DNA of 64,000 nt from Terriglobales bacterium (GTDB taxonomy: Bacteria > Acidobacteriota > Terriglobia > Terriglobales > Acidobacteriaceae), in NCBI GenBank assembly GCA_050011975.1, contig JBEKIB010000006.1, positions 26,433 through 90,432 on the forward strand, read 5' to 3'. A program made the position numbers and the translations under genes. Positions 10,487 to 18,990 of the stretch are shown here, in pieces (within the stretch, counting starts at the first letter, position 1; the number at the start of each line of letters is the position of its first letter). The notes under the pieces are model-generated. The model worked only from the letters and a program-made list of their open reading frames with translations. It did not search any database and had not been told where the DNA came from.

Positions 10487-11839
10487 TTATATGAGGAGCG
10501 TGTTGTTTGTTGTTGCAACGGCGGACACAAGCGAACTTTCGATCCGATCGAGGGTCACGTCAACGTCTGCAAAGGAGTGCGCAGCCGAGATCGACCACTG
10601 CTTGGTTGCCAGCGGAAACACATAAATACCGTGCTCAACCAGCTCCCGGCGGAATGCGGTATCCAGTTCAAAGTCGTGATGTGAGGCCAGATCATGCCAG
10701 TCAGTTGGACAGTGATCCATGAAATAGACGGACAATGCAGAACCCTGCCGTGCAACGACGGCAGTCACTCCCACCTTGTTGATAATTTCCTCCAAGCCGC
10801 TTTGCAGCATCTCTCCGAGTGCTTCCACGTGACGATAAACTTCCCCATCATGCATCAACAAGCGCTCTATGGTTGCAATCGCAGCAGTTGTGGGTACAGG
10901 GTGCGCGTTATATGTCCCTGCGAGCAATACCCGTTTCGTAGCATCCGGATCTATTAAGTTCTCCATTAAGTCTTTTCTGCCGCCAAGAATCGCTATCGGA
11001 TAGCCGTTAGCGAGGGCCTTACCGAAAACTAACAGATCCGGCCTTACTCCCGCGATGCTTGCGTAGCCGCCTATGGCGTGGCGGAAACCGGTCTTCACCT
11101 CATCAAAAATGAGCGTAAAGCCGAATTCATCCGCGAGCCTGCGCAATCCCAACAGATATCCGGGATTTGGCTTAATGACGCCGATATTCTGAAGAATAGG
11201 TTCCGTTATTAATGCGGCGACCTGGTATTTCTCACACACGTACCGCACGGAGTCCAGATCATTAAAGTTTATGCAATGGACGAGCCGCTGATGGTCGGCA
11301 GGGATTCCGGCACTGATAGGTGCGAAGGAATATTCCCCTGGTGAGCGGCGGGCACCTAGTTCCGCCAATGGTGTCGCAAGATTGCCTGCCACGTCATTAT
11401 GCCAGCCGTTGTAACCGCCCTGCATTTTGATGATATGGTCTCTCCCGGTAATTGCACGAGCGAGACGGATAGCCTGGTATGTCGCTTCACTTCCGGTATT
11501 CAACAGTTGTAAAGACTCAACGGATGGAACATTCTTACAGACCAACTCGGCGAGAACTCCCTCAAGGACTGTGGTACCGGACCCAAAGAGACTCGCCCCT
11601 TGCTGCAGGACCTTTATTACGGCTTCTGTCACATACGGATCGTTGTGTCCGAGAAAGTGTGGCGCGAAAGCCGCATGATAATCGATGTATTGATTACCCT
11701 CTGCGTCCCAGATCTGGGAACCGAGGCCCTTCACAAAAACGATTTCGGGTTTGACGGCGCGGTTCAGCGAAACAACGCCCCCAGGGATGTATTTCTTATT
11801 ATGCGTTAGGAGTTTCTCGGATTCGATATGGCTGCGCAT
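10487..11839 (-). CDS. Class-III PLP-dependent aminotransferase (glutamate-1-semialdehyde aminomutase-like)
   Basis: 450 aa with motifs GGVVSLNR, YIDYHAAFAPHFLGHNDP, FDEVKTGFR and FGKALANGYP. Confidence 0.8.
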   Translation of the reverse strand: MRSHIESEKLLTHNKKYIPGGVVSLNRAVKPEIVFVKGLGSQIWDAEGNQYIDYHAAFAPHFLGHNDPYVTEAVIKVLQQGASLFGSGTTVLEGVLAELVCKNVPSVESLQLLNTGSEATYQAIRLARAITGRDHIIKMQGGYNGWHNDVAGNLATPLAELGARRSPGEYSFAPISAGIPADHQRLVHCINFNDLDSVRYVCEKYQVAALITEPILQNIGVIKPNPGYLLGLRRLADEFGFTLIFDEVKTGFRHAIGGYASIAGVRPDLLVFGKALANGYPIAILGGRKDLMENLIDPDATKRVLLAGTYNAHPVPTTAAIATIERLLMHDGEVYRHVEALGEMLQSGLEEIINKVGVTAVVARQGSALSVYFMDHCPTDWHDLASHHDFELDTAFRRELVEHGIYVFPLATKQWSISAAHSFADVDVTLDRIESSLVSAVATTNNTLLI

Positions 11840-12643
11840 TTAATTCTCCATTGTGAAGCTACATCATGCTAGAAGCGTGTCGCAGGCGTTCGGTACCAGC
11901 GATGCGCGGGGGATCACAGAATTTCCACTGGATAGAACGGGCACTGTTTGACCGGGACCAGAATGTATTGCGATCTCATAAAGAATAGGCTGGGTGATCA
12001 TAAAAGCTCTGACTTAGCCTGCATCTTGGAATGGTTGTCGCTTTCAATAACTTCCTCGAGTGGCGGAAGAGGATCTCCTTCAAAGTAGAGTAACGAACTT
12101 TTCCTCGCCCATCCCTCCCCCTCCGGCAGTGCCGCGCGCGCCTTCAGTATCAAGTCGGCCCTTTCCGAAATCAAGGGCGATCTGATAAGGTCTGCAGATG
12201 GCGTTCACCATATTGAACAGAATGCAGCCCCCTTACCTATGCGGAACCCTGCCTGGCTCTGTCTGCTAATCGCGCTCCGAGAATAGGGGTTCGGATTCTC
12301 CGCAACGCGGTATGACTAATCTGTCCCAAGCGCTCGCGTAACGCCCCGTCCGTCTTGGCCTGTTCGTGGGCATCCCAGAAGACCGCGCCAGGGATATGTA
12401 CCGACAGACTTTGCCCTGCTCTAACCAAGACGGTGCGAGGATGCACGGACGAAACGAGTCTTCTGGCAGCCAACACTTTCGCCAACTGTTGCTAACTCGA
12501 TGGTACCGCGCAGGATGAGTAAGGAATCAGGGAGCCGCCCCGATAAATCGTCCGACTGGCATATTTCGCAACCGTTGTATACGAGAGATGGCTCTTAATG
12601 CACACACCGGGTGGTGTAGCCCCAGGCCTTTTGCCCACCGGAC

Positions 12644-13420
12644 TTACTGGTTGACGCCGCTGGCCAGAAAACCTCCGTCGACGACCAGCGTCTGCCCGGT
12701 CACGAAAGAAGCGGCATCGGAACAGAGGTAGATCGCGGCTCCGACGAGTTCTTCGGTCTTGCCGAAGCGGCCCATCGGCGTTCGTAGTAGCAACTCCTGG
12801 CCGCGTAGCGTTTTATCGAGCAGGTCTGCATTCAGGTTAGTGCGGAAGACGCCGGGCGCGATCGCGTTCACGGTAACGCCTTTCTTCGACCACTCCACGG
12901 CAAGCGAGCGCGTTAACGAGACAACACCAGCCTTGCTGGCCGCGTAGGCGGCGACCTCGCTGAGCGCAACGAAGCTGTTGAGCGAGGCGATGTTGACAAT
13001 GCGGCCGTAACCACGCTGCAGCATATGCTTGCCGAAGATCTGGCAAGCGCGCAGTGTTCCGGTGAGGTTCGTGTCCAATATATCGGCCCATTCCCCTTCC
13101 GGCATGGTGAGCGTGGGCATGCGCTTAATTTTCCCGGCACAGTTGATAAGGATGTCGACCTTGCCAAAGCGTTGGAGTGAGGCCGCGAGTAGTTGGTCGA
13201 GCGAAGCGCGGTTACGCAGATCCGACGAGAGGCGCAGGGTTTGGCGTCCGCGGCGTTCAATCTCGGCCGCTGTTTCCTCAACGAGTTCCTGGCGGCGTGC
13301 GGACGCGATGACATCGGCTCCGGCATCTGCGAGGCCGAGGCTTAGAGTGCGCCCGATCCCGGAGGTGCCTCCGATCACAACGGCAGTCTTACCTTCAAGA
13401 CTGAGGATAGGGCTCGTCAT
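12644..13420 (-). CDS. Short-chain dehydrogenase/reductase; candidate SDR-type fructuronate reductase / mannonate oxidoreductase
   Basis: 258 aa with VIGGTSGIGR (TGxxxGxG), INCAGK (NxAG) and YAASK (YxxxK). It overlaps the upstream uxaE-like gene by 4 nt. The specific substrate is inferred from context only. Confidence 0.8.
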   Translation of the reverse strand: MTSPILSLEGKTAVVIGGTSGIGRTLSLGLADAGADVIASARRQELVEETAAEIERRGRQTLRLSSDLRNRASLDQLLAASLQRFGKVDILINCAGKIKRMPTLTMPEGEWADILDTNLTGTLRACQIFGKHMLQRGYGRIVNIASLNSFVALSEVAAYAASKAGVVSLTRSLAVEWSKKGVTVNAIAPGVFRTNLNADLLDKTLRGQELLLRTPMGRFGKTEELVGAAIYLCSDAASFVTGQTLVVDGGFLASGVNQ

Positions 13421-14712
13421 TGTTTCTCCACCCGGGTTGCGCTGCGCCCCAGAAAGACGGGAGCGATATGCCGCCCGTAAAGGTTTTCCGTCACGTTCTT
13501 CGCAATCACGGCTTCATTGACCTCGAGCAGGTCCAGATAGCGCCGCCCCATCCCGGCTGCGATCTTGAAGCCGACATGCAGCAACTGGCGAAAGCTGCTG
13601 TTATAAGCTGCCACTCCCGGAACGCGGCGCAGGGCAGAGGTGTATTGCTCTGAGGACCAGGCGCGAACCTCGTCCGGGGACGGAAGCTTCGCTGGGTCGA
13701 TATCGATTACGGTGGCGTAAGGCGCACAAAGCTCATCGCGGTGCGCGCAGGCTTCGGAGTAAATTTCCTTTGCCAGAGCCAGTCCGTCGCCCCCGGCTTC
13801 CGCCAGGCCGATCAACTCTTCGAGCCACGTGGTTCCGGCGGTCTTGAGGTGCACGCCTGCGTTGAACCGCTTCATCGTGGCATGAATGGCAGGGTAGATG
13901 GAGAACTTGTCGCTGCCGGAGTGAACGCTAAGCTTGAGATTTTCAGGTAGGCCATATTGCCGGACCGCGTATGTGATGGCCGCAACGTCGAGCGCCATCT
14001 CTCGCTCGAACTGCGCGACGTCGCCAACGTAGTCCACACCCTTATTGAAGCGGCCGCTGAATTTTGGAGCGATAGTCTGGACGGGGATGTTTTCATCCGC
14101 GATAGCCGCCAGGATGATTAACAGGTCCGCCGGGCTCTGCGCGCGGTCGGTCTCGTCCATGGAGACCTCGGAAATGAAGTTACCGGCGCCCTTGGCCTTC
14201 TCGATCTTGCGGTAGACCTCGCCCGCCTTGTTCACGGCGGCGAGAAACTTCTGTGCGGTCTGACTCAAGTGCTCGTGTGTGATCTCAAAAACCGCGTCCA
14301 CCGTTTCGAGTTGGACGCGCCCCAGCAGCTCCGGGTGCCGCTTCACAAAGCCTTCAATGTTGACTGCTGTCGCCGGCTGGCCGATTGAGTCGGCCACGTC
14401 GATGGTGTAGAAATCGCACGGCCCGAGGAAACGGTCGACCGTTTGCAACGTGATATGGTCGGCATCGCAAAAGTATGGCTTCTCCCACTGCAGCGCCTTT
14501 ACGGCAGCATCGGCCGCTTGCCGCACAGACGAGGGCTCGGACCCAATGATAGTGTGCTCGCGGTTCGACTTATTCCATACCGGAATCACCTCGACGCCGT
14601 TCTGCAGAGCTTGCACGCAAGCCTGCAGCTGGGCTTTGGCCTGGTGCACGAACCTGTCCCCGGTCCCAACGGAATACTTGCCGAGCTTTAAGCCGTTATT
14701 TGCCACTTTCAA
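13417..14712 (-). CDS. uxaE: Tagaturonate/fructuronate epimerase family protein (UxaE-like)
   Basis: 431 aa. Motifs SVGTGDRF, FCDADHI, VSMDETD, DYVGDVAQFEREM, SVHSGSDKFSIYP and HLKTAGTTWLEE match what I recall of the Thermotoga UxaE family. The recognition is from memory, with no search run. Confidence 0.7.
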   Translation of the reverse strand: MKVANNGLKLGKYSVGTGDRFVHQAKAQLQACVQALQNGVEVIPVWNKSNREHTIIGSEPSSVRQAADAAVKALQWEKPYFCDADHITLQTVDRFLGPCDFYTIDVADSIGQPATAVNIEGFVKRHPELLGRVQLETVDAVFEITHEHLSQTAQKFLAAVNKAGEVYRKIEKAKGAGNFISEVSMDETDRAQSPADLLIILAAIADENIPVQTIAPKFSGRFNKGVDYVGDVAQFEREMALDVAAITYAVRQYGLPENLKLSVHSGSDKFSIYPAIHATMKRFNAGVHLKTAGTTWLEELIGLAEAGGDGLALAKEIYSEACAHRDELCAPYATVIDIDPAKLPSPDEVRAWSSEQYTSALRRVPGVAAYNSSFRQLLHVGFKIAAGMGRRYLDLLEVNEAVIAKNVTENLYGRHIAPVFLGRSATRVEKQ

Positions 14713-15985
14713 CTTCCCTTTGCAATTTAGCGCGGTAAGCCCACAGACCTAACCCTGGATTTGCAATGAAAAAAACTTTTTCGCCATCAATCCGATTGTA
14801 GCCATGATGGAGCTCCTGGGGGTCGTAGCGTCTGACCATGGCTTTCAGATCGCCATACTCGAAGCCAACGCTTTCAACCTCTTCCTTGCTGAGATGGCCG
14901 GGGCACCACCGAATCGTGGAACGCTGTTCCGAAGATCCGTGGATGAGGTGCGCAGCCGCGCTCAGATCGCTGGCGAGATCCGCATTGGCACTCACCGCTT
15001 CAAGCGTCGCCGGAGTTCCACGATAGCCGTACTTGCGGATCAGCGTGTCGATAGTCTTGTCTTCGCCAAATTCCTTTACGCCCGGCGCAAGGATGACCAG
15101 CTCCGCACCGTCGGCCAGTGCCATGCGTGTACGGTAAACAGCCTTGTTGCCCAACCATGTGCTATGAAACTCATGCGGATCGAGATAAACGACGGCCTTC
15201 TGGATGGGCGTGTCCAGCGTTTCTAAGTTCACTCGTACGCTCAGTTCGGCGGCGCGGTAAAAACACTCGACATCATCGCCGACAAAAAGGCCGCGCAGAG
15301 CCAGCCGCCCGTCCGACATCCGCCCCACAACGGTAAGCACGTAGACGATGGGCAGATGCCGCAGAAAATGATCGGACGCGTAATTGAGAACATTGCGCAC
15401 GGGGTTTTCAGCGCGGCCCATGATGCGCTCCATCCCATACACCGCGCCCAGATAGTGGCTGCGATTAATCCCGTCGCGGCCTCCGGTGCCAACGAGAATG
15501 TTCTTGTTGTAGTTGGCCATGCCAATTACTTCATGGGGCACCACTTGTCCGATGGAGAGGATAAGGTCAAAGCCACCGCGCGCAATAATCCGGTTCACCT
15601 GCGCCGGCCATGCAAAGTTCAGCTTGTGCTCCGATTGCTCGTGGATGAACTCCGCCGGAACTTCGCCGAGGGTCTCGACATCCGTTCTCCAGTTGTGGAC
15701 GAGGAAGAGTTCTTGCGGCATGGTTCCAAACATGCGCGCGATCTGCTCGGGCTGCATGGCGGTGTGTGTGCCGAGCGCCGGAAGAACCGCCCGGAGACGA
15801 TCGCCGTAGTATTCCCATGCATAACGTGTCAACTCGCCGGCGCGGGAATGCAGGCGGCTTTGGTCAGGCGGAACGGCGAGCACGCGGTTCCGTCGGCCGA
15901 GTTTCGCCAGGCTTTCCGCGAGCAGATCTTTCAACTGCGGAAACAGATCGGCTTCGACACCGCCCGTGGCGCAGTAGAGGCTCAT
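14696..15985 (-). CDS. LarA-like (DUF2088, lactate-racemase fold) protein; candidate 2-hydroxyacid/sugar-acid epimerase
   Basis: The track ORF is 567 aa, but its first 138 codons overlap the MFS gene. The ATG at 15985 overlaps the MFS stop (ATGA) and gives 429 aa starting MSLYCATGG. The LarA-like pattern is VLAVPPDQSR, ALGTHT and SIGQVVPHEVIGMANYNKNILVGTGG. Confidence 0.6.
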   Translation of the reverse strand: MSLYCATGGVEADLFPQLKDLLAESLAKLGRRNRVLAVPPDQSRLHSRAGELTRYAWEYYGDRLRAVLPALGTHTAMQPEQIARMFGTMPQELFLVHNWRTDVETLGEVPAEFIHEQSEHKLNFAWPAQVNRIIARGGFDLILSIGQVVPHEVIGMANYNKNILVGTGGRDGINRSHYLGAVYGMERIMGRAENPVRNVLNYASDHFLRHLPIVYVLTVVGRMSDGRLALRGLFVGDDVECFYRAAELSVRVNLETLDTPIQKAVVYLDPHEFHSTWLGNKAVYRTRMALADGAELVILAPGVKEFGEDKTIDTLIRKYGYRGTPATLEAVSANADLASDLSAAAHLIHGSSEQRSTIRWCPGHLSKEEVESVGFEYGDLKAMVRRYDPQELHHGYNRIDGEKVFFIANPGLGLWAYRAKLQREVESGK

Positions 15986-17301
15986 GCGGGGAATTCCACT
16001 TTCTTCAGTCCGGGAGCGAGCAGGCACAACAAGAGTAGCGCCAGAAGATATGCGCTCGCCGCGATGCCGAAGAGGATGGAATAGCTTTGCGTCAGTTGCA
16101 AAATGTGGCCTGCGAAGAAAGCGAAAATTGCACCGCCGACTGATCCTGCCATGCCGCCAATGCCGACCACCGCGCCCACCGCACTGCGCGGAAACATGTC
16201 CGATGATGTAGTGAAGAGATTGGCCGACCACCCCTGGTGTGCGCCCGCCGCCAGGCTGAGCAACGCGATGGCGGCCCACTCCGACTTGAGCCTGGCGGCG
16301 GTAAAGATGGGAACGACCAGGCAGGCGCAGAAGAGCATGGCCGCAAGCCGCGCGTAGTTGGGCGACAGTCCCAGCCGCCGGAAAGGCGCGGGCAGCCAAC
16401 CTCCTCCGATGCTGCCGATGGCCGAGACGTTATAGACAATAATCAGCGGCAGCCCAAGATGCGAAAGATTCAGATTGAATTTCGAACTGAAATAAGACGG
16501 CAGCCAGAACAAATAGAACCACCAGATCGGATCCGTAAGGAACTTCGCGATCGAAAAGGCCCAGGTTTGGCGGTAGCCCAGGAACCGGCGCCACGGCAAG
16601 GTGGGGCCCATCTCCATCGCCGACTCCTGGTAGATGTGCCGTAACTCGGCGCTCGTAAGAGTGGGGTGGTCGGTGGGCTTGCGGTAATTGTGAAACCACC
16701 ACACAATCCAGAGCGCGCTGAAGAGCCCGGTGGTGAGAAAGGCCGCGTGCCAGCCGTAGCGCAGCGTCACCCAAGGCACAATCAGCGGAGCCAGTATCGC
16801 GCCGACATTTGCTCCGGAATTGAAGATGCCGGTGGCCAGTGAGCGTTCGTTCTGCGGGAACCACTCGGCCACCGTTTTGATCGCGGCCGGGAAGTTGCCG
16901 GATTCGCCCAGTCCGAGGAAGAAGCGCGCAAACCCGAACTCGAGCGCGGTGTTGGCCAGCGCGTGGCCCATTGCGGAAAGGCTCCAGACCGCCATCACCA
17001 ACATGTAGCCGATGCGTGTGCCGAGCTTGTCGATCAGCCGTCCGGTGGCCAGCAGGCCCAGCGCGTAGGCGATCTGAAATGCGTCGACAATGTAGCCGTA
17101 ACTCACCTCCGTCAGGCCGATGCTCTGCTGCAGGGTGGGCTTGAGGATCGCGATCACTTGGCGGTCCATGTAGTTGATCGAGGTGGCGGCGAACAGCATG
17201 GCGCAGATCGTCCAGCGCACGCGTCCGAGCCGCCTGCCTGGAGATGAGCTTGGAGATGCAGCACTTTCTATTGGGCTGTCGGAATCTGCTCTATCCGTCA
17301 T
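15982..17301 (-). CDS. exuT: MFS transporter, hexuronate (ExuT/ACS) subfamily-like
   Basis: 439 aa, about 12 TM helices. The N-terminal INYMDRQVIAILKP motif is typical of ACS-family hexuronate transporters. It overlaps uxaC by 4 nt. Confidence 0.7.
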   Translation of the reverse strand: MTDRADSDSPIESAASPSSSPGRRLGRVRWTICAMLFAATSINYMDRQVIAILKPTLQQSIGLTEVSYGYIVDAFQIAYALGLLATGRLIDKLGTRIGYMLVMAVWSLSAMGHALANTALEFGFARFFLGLGESGNFPAAIKTVAEWFPQNERSLATGIFNSGANVGAILAPLIVPWVTLRYGWHAAFLTTGLFSALWIVWWFHNYRKPTDHPTLTSAELRHIYQESAMEMGPTLPWRRFLGYRQTWAFSIAKFLTDPIWWFYLFWLPSYFSSKFNLNLSHLGLPLIIVYNVSAIGSIGGGWLPAPFRRLGLSPNYARLAAMLFCACLVVPIFTAARLKSEWAAIALLSLAAGAHQGWSANLFTTSSDMFPRSAVGAVVGIGGMAGSVGGAIFAFFAGHILQLTQSYSILFGIAASAYLLALLLLCLLAPGLKKVEFPA

Positions 17302-18704
17302 GTCGAGTCTCGTTCCAACTTATACGCCTGCTTCACCAACCCATATGCGAGGTCGTGTGCTACTTCCGATGCCTCTTCTTCCTCCAGTCGGTGCTCGGAG
17401 ACAAGCTTCGCTAGAAAAACGCAATCCATGCGCCGCGCCACGTCGTGCCGCGCCGGAATGGAAAGAAACGCCCGGGTATCGTCATTGAACCCCACCGTGT
17501 TGTAGAAGCCCGCCGTCTCCGTGACTCGTTCGCGGAAACGCATCATTCCCTCCGGACTGTCATGAAACCACCACGGCGGACCCAGCCTCAGGCACGGATA
17601 GTGCCCGGCCAGCGGGGCCAGTTCCCGGCTGTAAGTCGACTCATCCAGCGTGAAAAGAATGATCGTCAGGTCGCGCTCATTGCCGAACTGATCGAGCAGC
17701 GGGCGAAGCGCGTCCACATAGTTCGTCGGCATCGGGATGTCCGCACCCACGTCGCGGCCGTAGCGCTCATAGAGCTCGCGATTGTGGTTGCGCGCGCTGC
17801 CCGGGTGAATCTGCATGACCAGGCCGTCTTCAAGGCTCATGCGCGCCATTTCTGTCAGCATCTGGGCACGGAAGAGTTCCTGCTGCCGGGCATCGGCATT
17901 GCCCGCGAGCACTTGGCGAAAGAGTTGCTCCGCGTCGGTTGACGAAAGATTGGCGGTTCGTGCAGTGGGATGCCCGTGGTCGGTTGCGGTGCAGCCGAGT
18001 TCCTTGAAGCGAATGCGCGTCCTTCGCAGCCCGTTCAGATAGCCCGCCCAAGTTGATGTGTCTTCGCCGGTGTTCTCGCCGAACTTCGCGATGTTTTCAG
18101 CAAATCCCGCAAAATCAGGATCGACAACCGGGTCGGGCCGGAAGGTCGGCAGAATCCGCGCCTTCCAGTTGGATTCGCGAATGGCCTTGTGACCGGCCAG
18201 CGAATCGAGCGGGGAATCGGTCGTGGCCAGCACTTCCAGATTGAAACGCTCGTAAAGAGCGCGTGGCAGAAACTCCGGAGCGCGAAGCTTTTCGGAGATC
18301 GTGTCGAAGTACAGATCGGCGGTTGTTTCCGACAGTCGCTGCTCCAGCCCGAAAAGTTCCTGGAAGGCAAAGTCCAGCCACATGCGCGTCGGCGTTCCGC
18401 GGAACAGATAGTAATGTCGTGCGAAGATGCGCCAGACGCTCCGTGCATCCTTCAGTTCCGGTTGCCCAATCTCCAGCTCTTCGAGCGAGACTCCCTGACT
18501 GTAGAGCATGCGATAGATGTAGTGGTCGGGCTGCACGAAGAGCTTTGCCGGATCGGGGAAAGGCTCGTTCTTTGCGAACCACGCCGCCTGCGTATGCCCA
18601 TGGGGGCTGACGATAGGTAGCGATCGCACGTGTTCATAGAGCCTCTTGGCAATCTTTCGTACACCGGGTGCAGGAGGGAACAGACGGTCTCGAGAGATCA
18701 GCAT
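17298..18704 (-). CDS. uxaC: Glucuronate (uronate) isomerase
   Basis: 468 aa with N-terminus MLISRDRLFP...LPIVSPHGHT and full-length resemblance to UxaC. Confidence 0.9.
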   Translation of the reverse strand: MLISRDRLFPPAPGVRKIAKRLYEHVRSLPIVSPHGHTQAAWFAKNEPFPDPAKLFVQPDHYIYRMLYSQGVSLEELEIGQPELKDARSVWRIFARHYYLFRGTPTRMWLDFAFQELFGLEQRLSETTADLYFDTISEKLRAPEFLPRALYERFNLEVLATTDSPLDSLAGHKAIRESNWKARILPTFRPDPVVDPDFAGFAENIAKFGENTGEDTSTWAGYLNGLRRTRIRFKELGCTATDHGHPTARTANLSSTDAEQLFRQVLAGNADARQQELFRAQMLTEMARMSLEDGLVMQIHPGSARNHNRELYERYGRDVGADIPMPTNYVDALRPLLDQFGNERDLTIILFTLDESTYSRELAPLAGHYPCLRLGPPWWFHDSPEGMMRFRERVTETAGFYNTVGFNDDTRAFLSIPARHDVARRMDCVFLAKLVSEHRLEEEEASEVAHDLAYGLVKQAYKLERDST

Positions 18705-18990
18705 GACTCCGACTCTACCTTATTCGCTGCGTAGCGCGAGCGGTGCCACCGAAAATCAGACCAGACTAACATGGGAGACCCGAGTCAGAATCCACGGCAA
18801 GAACTTCAAAATGTGCAGCTAATTGGACAGAACCGGGAAAACGCCAGAAATCGCTTGACAAGCAACACCTGTAGATACAAAAAGATTTAATCGGCTTCTT
18901 TCACGAGGGCAGAGGAGTGCCAATCTCCGCCTCAGCCGATGCGTCCGAAAATGGGCGTGAACGACTTTACCTGGCACGCGGGAGGGTGAT

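Noticed and set aside
15986-16399. N-terminal 138-codon extension of the LarA-like ORF (track 14696..16399)
   Set aside because: It overlaps the 3' end of the MFS transporter gene and is Arg/Gly/His-rich junk. The ATG at 15985 forms an ATGA stop/start overlap with the MFS gene.
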